Source: an uncultured Candidatus Berkelbacteria bacterium (GTDB taxonomy: Bacteria > Patescibacteriota > UBA1384 > UBA12157 > JAENIV01). From it: 64,000 nucleotides of DNA. Position 1 is the stretch's first letter; the number at the start of each line of letters is the position of its first letter. Position numbers and translations under genes: made by a program. Below are positions 58,648 through 64,000 of this stretch, in pieces. Location: positions 400,097 to 464,096 of the forward strand of contig OY969116.1 in NCBI GenBank assembly GCA_963698075.1, written 5' to 3'. The notes under the pieces are model-generated. The model had not been told where the DNA came from, did not search any database, and saw only the letters and a program-made list of their open reading frames with translations.

Positions 58648-59172
58648 TTGATGCCAGCACCATCCTGGGATTTAGCCATCGCCGTTTTTTTCCTCATCGG
58701 CATGGCCTTCGGTTATATCTTACAAAGAGAAAAAATTATTGCCACTCTTTTATCGGTCTACGTCGCCTTGGTTGTCACCCAGGTCTTTGCTGGTAATGTC
58801 TTTGAGTTCTTCCAAGGTAGTAAAACCATTGGTACCGTGTGGGTCCAGTCCGGCGCCTCGCCCTTCACTGTGAGGGTGATAATATTTATGGCAGTAATTA
58901 CCCTTTTATCAGCTAAGGGAGGAATCAAAGGCGCCACGGCTAAGGGTCTCCTTTCGCCAATTGAAATTATCTTGCTATCTTTCTTGACCACCGGGCTTAT
59001 CTTATCAAGTATTTTCTATTTTATGCCGCCTGAATCCCGCGAAACATTTATGGCGGCCTCAAGATTGGCAAACTTGGTGATTAAATACTATATTTGGTGG
59101 GTTTTGGCCCCGCCAGTTGCTCTAATTGCTTTAGGATTTTTTAGACGCACCAGTTCGAGTTCATCCGACTAA
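58648..59172 (+). CDS. hypothetical polytopic membrane protein
   Basis: Four or five hydrophobic helices; no motif. Confidence 0.4.
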   Translation: MMPAPSWDLAIAVFFLIGMAFGYILQREKIIATLLSVYVALVVTQVFAGNVFEFFQGSKTIGTVWVQSGASPFTVRVIIFMAVITLLSAKGGIKGATAKGLLSPIEIILLSFLTTGLILSSIFYFMPPESRETFMAASRLANLVIKYYIWWVLAPPVALIALGFFRRTSSSSSD

Positions 59173-59246
59173 AGTAAGATAAAAGAATTGAAATTAGAAG
59201 AGGTAAATCCCTCTTTTTAAATTGTCTTAAAATATTGGTAGAAAAA

Positions 59247-60377
59247 TTAAACCGCTCTACGACGTAGTAATAAAATTGACAAAATTATAAAACCAACAAA
59301 ATAACCAACCAACATTAATAAATCCGGCAGGATTTGATAAAAATCAAATCCTAAAATATTTACTTCTCGCATCGCTTTAATTGAATAAGTAAAAGGAATT
59401 ATTAGAGGGATTTTTCCAATTATTGGATGCATTGTTTCTGACTGAAATAAGAATGGTGTTAAAATCAAGGTTAGATAAAAAGCCATAATTCCCATCAGAA
59501 TTGATTCACGGATAGTATAAGTAATAGATGAGATGAAAATTCCCAAAGCAATCGCCATTAAAGCAGTTATAAAAGTGATTAAAAGAACTAGCCAAATCGG
59601 ACCAAGAGTGACTGCAAATAAGGTTTTTAATGTTAAAATAATAATAATTGATAAAACAATAGCGACTATCGCAAAAGCCAATAATTTACCTATTATCATA
59701 TGATACTTCTTAAAAGGTGTAACAAAAAATCTTTCAAAAGTTCCTTCAATACGCTCCGTTGTGATCGTGGTTGATGAAAGATTAAGACAATTGATAGTTA
59801 TTAGCAAAACTATTAAAGCTGATAAAAAATAATCGAAGTATTTAATATTTTTATTGGTATTTTTTGTTTCTCGAATTTCAATTGGCGATAAATCAATATT
59901 TGTCTCATCTATTTTTATTTGAGCAGATTGAGGCATCAGATTTTTGACATTTTCGACTGAAAAATTTTTCACGGTATCTTCAGTTGCTTTCAAAATAATT
60001 TTTTTTGTTTGACCACTAAGTTCTGGCAATGTAGAATTTTCCATTATCTCAATTGAACCACTGATTATATCGTTTTTTTTAGCAATATCAATAATAACAG
60101 CAGATCTTGTAATGTTGTCTTTAACTTGCCGATGAGCTTCATCGGCACTCGAGTCATAAACCAATATTAATTTTTTTTCCCTCTCAAGATCTTGAACGAT
60201 TTGTTGAGAATACTGATTGTCTTCTTTATTAAAAAAAGACACACGAATATTTTGGGGTTCTCGCCAAGTCACCAGTCCCAAAAACAATACAACCAAAATG
60301 GGTTGTACCAAAAAGAGAACAAGCCATCTAGTGTCTCTTGTTAATTTTTTTAATTCATATAAGGCAATTTTAAGCAT
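59247..60377 (-). CDS. ABC-2 type transporter permease
   Basis: N-terminal TM, large extracytoplasmic loop, then six TM helices; cognate of the adjacent ATPase. Confidence 0.6.
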   Translation of the reverse strand: MLKIALYELKKLTRDTRWLVLFLVQPILVVLFLGLVTWREPQNIRVSFFNKEDNQYSQQIVQDLEREKKLILVYDSSADEAHRQVKDNITRSAVIIDIAKKNDIISGSIEIMENSTLPELSGQTKKIILKATEDTVKNFSVENVKNLMPQSAQIKIDETNIDLSPIEIRETKNTNKNIKYFDYFLSALIVLLITINCLNLSSTTITTERIEGTFERFFVTPFKKYHMIIGKLLAFAIVAIVLSIIIILTLKTLFAVTLGPIWLVLLITFITALMAIALGIFISSITYTIRESILMGIMAFYLTLILTPFLFQSETMHPIIGKIPLIIPFTYSIKAMREVNILGFDFYQILPDLLMLVGYFVGFIILSILLLRRRAV

Positions 60378-61101
60378 GGTCGTTCTTTATACTAGCAATT
60401 ACTTGATGTAAATTATTGACCTTAAATTTTTTTACTATTTGCGCGGGTGTTCCTTTGACAAGAATTTTACCTTCACGCAAAATAATTAATTCATCACAAA
60501 GTTTCTCGGCTTCATCCATATAATGAGTCGTCATAATAATAGTAGTATGATTTTTTAACTCCCGTGTTAAATCCCAAATTTTTTCTCGGCCCAAGGGATC
60601 AAGTCCCATAGTAACTTCGTCAAAAAAAAGAATCTTTGGTTCGTGAACGACGGCACAAGCTATGGACAAACGTTTCGCCATTCCGCCTGATAAATTTTTC
60701 ACCAAAATATTTTTTCTATCAAAAAGATTAATCATCTTAAGAACTTTAGCGATACGTTCTTTTCTATCGCCCCTATAAGGATACGCCGAAAAAAACAAAT
60801 CTATATTTTCCCAAACTGTAAGATTAGGATACAACGCTTCTTTCTGCGGAACATAGCCAATGTCTCGAAGTATTTCATAACCATTACTTCCATAAACAAA
60901 TTCTTCAATCGTAATTTCTCCATGAGTCGGTTCAAGAAGAGTAGTCAGCATTCTTAAAATTGTGGTCTTACCGGACCCGTTTGGCCCAAGAATCCCAAAA
61001 ACAGTATTGGGTTTTACTTCAAAAGAAACACTATCAACAGCTTTTATGTCGCCCTTAAAAATTTTAGATAAGTGGGAAACTTTAATAATTGCTTTTTCCA
61101 T
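60370..61101 (-). CDS. ABC transporter ATP-binding protein
   Basis: Walker A GPNGSGKTT, signature LSGGMAKRLS, Walker B ILFFDE. Confidence 0.9.
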   Translation of the reverse strand: MEKAIIKVSHLSKIFKGDIKAVDSVSFEVKPNTVFGILGPNGSGKTTILRMLTTLLEPTHGEITIEEFVYGSNGYEILRDIGYVPQKEALYPNLTVWENIDLFFSAYPYRGDRKERIAKVLKMINLFDRKNILVKNLSGGMAKRLSIACAVVHEPKILFFDEVTMGLDPLGREKIWDLTRELKNHTTIIMTTHYMDEAEKLCDELIILREGKILVKGTPAQIVKKFKVNNLHQVIASIKNDHA

Positions 61102-61142
61102 TCTGATTCTATATTAGCATATAAAAACTAACAAAAGCTGTT

Positions 61143-62327
61143 TTAAAAGATTGTCATCAAATACATCGCTGCGCCAGAAATTAGTGCCACCGAGATATTG
61201 TCATCTATTCCCCAAGGAATGAGCTCGACGACAGCCGCCGCCAAGGCGCCGACGAGAAGCATTCCTAAATTAGCCTCGATATACGGCAAAAATAGCAACC
61301 CAAAAATTACTGCCGCTAAGAAATAAGCAATTGATCCTTCGAGGGTCTTTTTAAAAATGTGAACTTTGCCAAACATCATTCCGATGATTTTGGCAAAAAC
61401 ATCACCAAAGATTAGAAAACTAACCGTTAGGATTCCGATCCCTTTCGGAAAAACGAGAAAAGAAAGAAAAATTGCCACCAAAAAGAGACTGATTGAGGAA
61501 AAAGTCTGTATTTCTTTCTGTTTGAAAATTACCGGTGTTTTAAATAAGAAGAGATTGGTCTTGCGAGAAAGCAATCTCGTAATATCCAAAAGTACAAAAG
61601 CCAGCGCGATTGAGCCAACGAAGATGAGAATAAATCTCTTATCAAATTGAAGATATAAAATTGGCAAAACAATGGCCAAAGGTCTTAAAAAAGTCCGCCA
61701 AAAACGAATTTCCTTCATTACTTCAGGGGCATTTTTGAAAATTTCAAATTTTTTAACGTTATAGAGCGTGACAATCCACATTTGGAGCAAAAGAATTCCC
61801 ATAAAAATTGTCGTGGGATTGAGTCGGGTTTTGGCCAAAAAAAGAATGATAAAAGTCGGCAGGGTGAATACGCCAACAATTTCCGCTGGCGATATAATGA
61901 ATAGAAATAAAGCCAAAATGACCACCGGAATTAGAATTTCATAGGGAAACCAGTGATTCAAAATCGCCTTGAAGATGATAAAGAAAAAAATGCCCAAAGT
62001 TGTCGCTTGGCCTTCACCGCCACGAAAGCCAAGATAAAATGGAAAGATGTGGCCCAGAATAGCGGCGTAGCCCGAAGCATAGATAATGATTTCTGGAGCG
62101 CCGAGTTGCCAGGCCATATACATCGAAAGCAAGCCCTTGCTCAAATCGTAAATAATCGTTACGACCGCCGGCCATAAACCGAGGACTTTCTTAACATTCC
62201 GGCCGCCGGCATTGCGCGTGCCGTGCTCGCGAATATCAATCCCACGCAAAAGCCGGCCTAAAATATAGGACGGAGAGACTGAGCCCAGAAGATAACCAAT
62301 AATAATTACTAAAATATTAAGCCACAT
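61143..62327 (-). CDS. plsY: fusion protein: N-terminal glycerol-3-phosphate acyltransferase PlsY domain plus C-terminal CdsA-like (CTP-transferase-1 / polyprenol-kinase-like) membrane domain
   Basis: PlsY hallmarks YLLGSVSP..GIDIREHGTRNAGGRNV...LGHIFP...FRGGEG. The C-terminal half carries FGDVFAKIIGMMFGK...KKTLEGS, resembling the CdsA/dolichol kinase family. Confidence 0.6.
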   Translation of the reverse strand: MWLNILVIIIGYLLGSVSPSYILGRLLRGIDIREHGTRNAGGRNVKKVLGLWPAVVTIIYDLSKGLLSMYMAWQLGAPEIIIYASGYAAILGHIFPFYLGFRGGEGQATTLGIFFFIIFKAILNHWFPYEILIPVVILALFLFIISPAEIVGVFTLPTFIILFLAKTRLNPTTIFMGILLLQMWIVTLYNVKKFEIFKNAPEVMKEIRFWRTFLRPLAIVLPILYLQFDKRFILIFVGSIALAFVLLDITRLLSRKTNLFLFKTPVIFKQKEIQTFSSISLFLVAIFLSFLVFPKGIGILTVSFLIFGDVFAKIIGMMFGKVHIFKKTLEGSIAYFLAAVIFGLLFLPYIEANLGMLLVGALAAAVVELIPWGIDDNISVALISGAAMYLMTIF

Positions 62328-62679
62328 TTTTCAATGCTTCTTGTAAAACCTCTATCGAAAAATTGGAACATTTTTGTTTTTGCTGAGGCAGGCCGCCTAA
62401 ATAATCAACAATATCATGGCGCGATAATTTTAAAGCATCTTTTACTGATTTTAGTTTAACCATCTCTGTCATTGCCGAAGTCGAAGCAATACAAGCGCCG
62501 CACCCGAAAGCTTTGAATTTAATGTCTTTGATTACATTTCTATTTGGTGATAACTTAACCCACAATTTAACCACATCCCCGCAGGCCGGATTACCACCTT
62601 CGGCCTTCGCGTCATAATCTTCTAATTCGCCCATATTGCGAGGATTCGAAAAATGATCAATGGTTTTTTGATTATACAT
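62317..62679 (-). CDS. iscU: Fe-S cluster assembly scaffold IscU/NifU-like
   Basis: NPACGD and FKAFGCGACIAS cysteine motifs. Confidence 0.85.
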   Translation of the reverse strand: MYNQKTIDHFSNPRNMGELEDYDAKAEGGNPACGDVVKLWVKLSPNRNVIKDIKFKAFGCGACIASTSAMTEMVKLKSVKDALKLSRHDIVDYLGGLPQQKQKCSNFSIEVLQEALKNVA

Positions 62680-62758
62680 GATGGCTTAATTTTACCTTAA
62701 ATTAAGCCAAATTCAAAATTTAAAAATCAAAAAGCATGCCTAAAGGCAAAATGGGGGC

Positions 62759-62787
62759 TTGACAAATTATGAACATAGGTTCATAAT
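62759..62787 (+). promoter_or_regulatory. promoter TTGACA-N17-CATAAT with a perfect palindrome TTATGAAC-ATAG-GTTCATAA (62767..62786) between the -35 and -10; candidate repressor operator
   Basis: cttgacaaattatgaacataggttcataatgt upstream of the DUF134 gene. Confidence 0.55.
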
Positions 62788-62802
62788 GTAGGGGAGGAAG
62801 CA

Positions 62803-63282
62803 ATGCGCGGAAGACCAAAAATTAAACGAACAATTAGATTTTTCCCGGAGATTACTTATTTTAAACCGGCTGGAATTCCATTGAGGAATTTACAGGAGGT
62901 TATATTGTCAATGGATGAATTGGAAGCCATGAGACTGGCCGAATTAGAAGATTTAGATCAAGAAGAAGCGGCCAAAAAAATGAAAATTTCTCGAATTACT
63001 TTTTTGAGAATCTTACATTCAGCCCATAAAAAAATTGCCGAAAGTTTAATATATGGTAAAGCTTTAAAAATCCAGGGAGGAGAAATTATGGCTTATCAAA
63101 GTCGTTTAGGCAAAGCCTTACAAAAAGATCCTTCGTTTAAAAGAGGACAAGGTCTCGGTGGTTCTGACGTTTGTGTCTGCCCAGTTTGCAAAAAAGAGTT
63201 CCCACATCAACGCAGTCTTCCTTGTATGCAAATAGAATGTCCCGATTGCAAAGTACCTTTACGAGGAAATTTTTGCCAATAA
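62803..63282 (+). CDS. DUF134 (UPF0251) family predicted DNA-binding protein with C-terminal Cys-rich zinc-ribbon
   Basis: [26 protein letters not shown]...[37 protein letters not shown] pattern; C-terminal CVCPVCKK...CPDCK. Confidence 0.65.
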   Translation: MRGRPKIKRTIRFFPEITYFKPAGIPLRNLQEVILSMDELEAMRLAELEDLDQEEAAKKMKISRITFLRILHSAHKKIAESLIYGKALKIQGGEIMAYQSRLGKALQKDPSFKRGQGLGGSDVCVCPVCKKEFPHQRSLPCMQIECPDCKVPLRGNFCQ

Positions 63283-63303
63283 AAATACGATTAACGAAGG
63301 GAG

Positions 63304-63570
63304 GTGATTAAAATGCCAAGATTTGATGGAACAGGACCCATGGGAATAGGACCAATGACTGGTCGCGGTTTGGGTCCTTGCGGTGGATTTCGTGGCCGAG
63401 GCCGAGGTTTCGGTTACGGGATGATGATGGGGGGCTGCCCGTGGTATGGCCAAATGATTCGTCCAACAGCCGAGGAAGAAAAAGAAATCCTCAAAGATCA
63501 AGTTGAAATGCTCAAACAAAATCTCGACTCGGCTCAAAAAAGACTTTCAGAGCTGGAAAGCCAAAAGTAA
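63304..63570 (+). CDS. DUF5320-like small protein (Gly/Met-rich N-terminus, C-terminal coiled coil)
   Basis: MPRFDGTGPMGIGPMTGRGLGPCGG...; commonly paired with DUF134 proteins. Confidence 0.6.
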   Translation: MIKMPRFDGTGPMGIGPMTGRGLGPCGGFRGRGRGFGYGMMMGGCPWYGQMIRPTAEEEKEILKDQVEMLKQNLDSAQKRLSELESQK

Positions 63571-63574
63571 ATAA

Positions 63575-63620
63575 ATAGAGGGAAGTAAACCATCAGGCAC
63601 TTCCCTCTATTTAGATTTTA
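63575..63620 (+). terminator. rho-independent terminator after the DUF5320 gene
   Basis: 12-bp perfect stem atagagggaagt/acttccctctat followed by TTAGATTTTAT. Confidence 0.75.
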
Positions 63621-63638
63621 TCAGATAATGAAAGTGAT

Positions 63639-64000
63639 ATGAATCAACAATCAGTTTCTTTGTTAGCGATTTTGGTCAATTTAATTCTTACGGCCGGAAA
63701 AATAGTTTTGGGACTTGCTTTTAATTTAACCGCTTTACTGGCTGAAGGAATTCATTCTGGTCTTGATATTTTCTCATCTATCATTGCTTTTTTAGGCATT
63801 AAATCAGCTCAAAAACCGGTTGATGATAAACATCCCTACGGCCATTATCGTGCCGAAAGCTTGGCTGGTTTCGTGGTTGTTATTTTGTTAGCTGGCTCGG
63901 CGGTTTGGATTTTATATGAGGGAATTATTCGAATCGTGCATCCCGAAGAGGCCTTTTTATCAATCTGGGCCATAATTCTAATGGGCGCTTCGGCTTTAAT
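63639..64000 (+). CDS. cation diffusion facilitator (CDF) family transporter, 5' partial (continues beyond the window)
   Basis: TM1-TM3 with HSGLD...HPYGHYRAES motifs typical of CzcD/FieF; no stop before the window end. Confidence 0.75.
   Translation, partial: MNQQSVSLLAILVNLILTAGKIVLGLAFNLTALLAEGIHSGLDIFSSIIAFLGIKSAQKPVDDKHPYGHYRAESLAGFVVVILLAGSAVWILYEGIIRIVHPEEAFLSIWAIILMGASAL

Noticed and set aside
1-64000. CRISPR arrays, integrases, transposases, prophage genes
   Set aside because: I scanned for regularly spaced direct repeats and for recombinase or transposase motifs in all frames of the ORF track and found none. The horizontally acquired-looking cassettes lack recognisable mobility genes within this window.

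Overview
This 64 kb window is a contiguous, tightly packed chromosomal segment of a low-GC (roughly 35-40%) reduced genome. By eye it is most consistent with a Patescibacteria/CPR-type bacterium: class I LysRS, a truncated AlaRS, a DnaJ without zinc finger, very few regulators, many small bitopic membrane proteins and a strong minus-strand bias. It is almost entirely coding. Housekeeping genes include ddl, secA, hpf-serS, class I lysS, greA, mrdA-mreDCB-mltG-ruvX-(unknown)-ftsA, idi plus a polyprenyl synthase, short alaS, nrnA, rpsA-like, secG, comM, miaA, comEA, recG, ruvC, yebC, comEC, grpE, dnaK, dnaJ-like and iscU. There are eight tRNA genes, all on the minus strand, including four tRNA-Leu isoacceptors. 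An 8-gene glycan/Leloir cluster (glgA, galE, three GT4, one GT2, galT and an unknown HxHxH protein) is also present. I saw no CRISPR, integrase or transposase. The most unusual signals are several discrete high-GC gene cassettes inserted between core genes, each with its own promoter/SD and hairpin terminator. These are three unknown helical proteins around hpf-serS, a PurF-like gene between two tRNA-Leu genes, and a small basic protein coupled to a methyltransferase. Other notable items are a PlsY-CdsA-like fusion, a split and frameshifted comEC MBL domain, a 23-nt palindromic element present both inside the secA reading frame and after grpE, a duplicated 5' fragment of tRNA-Gly, a dnaK locus without CIRCE but with an ArsR-type regulator and perfect palindromes, and a DUF134/DUF5320 pair with a palindromic operator embedded in its promoter. 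All functional calls rest on motif recognition in the supplied translations and sequence; no database searches were run.
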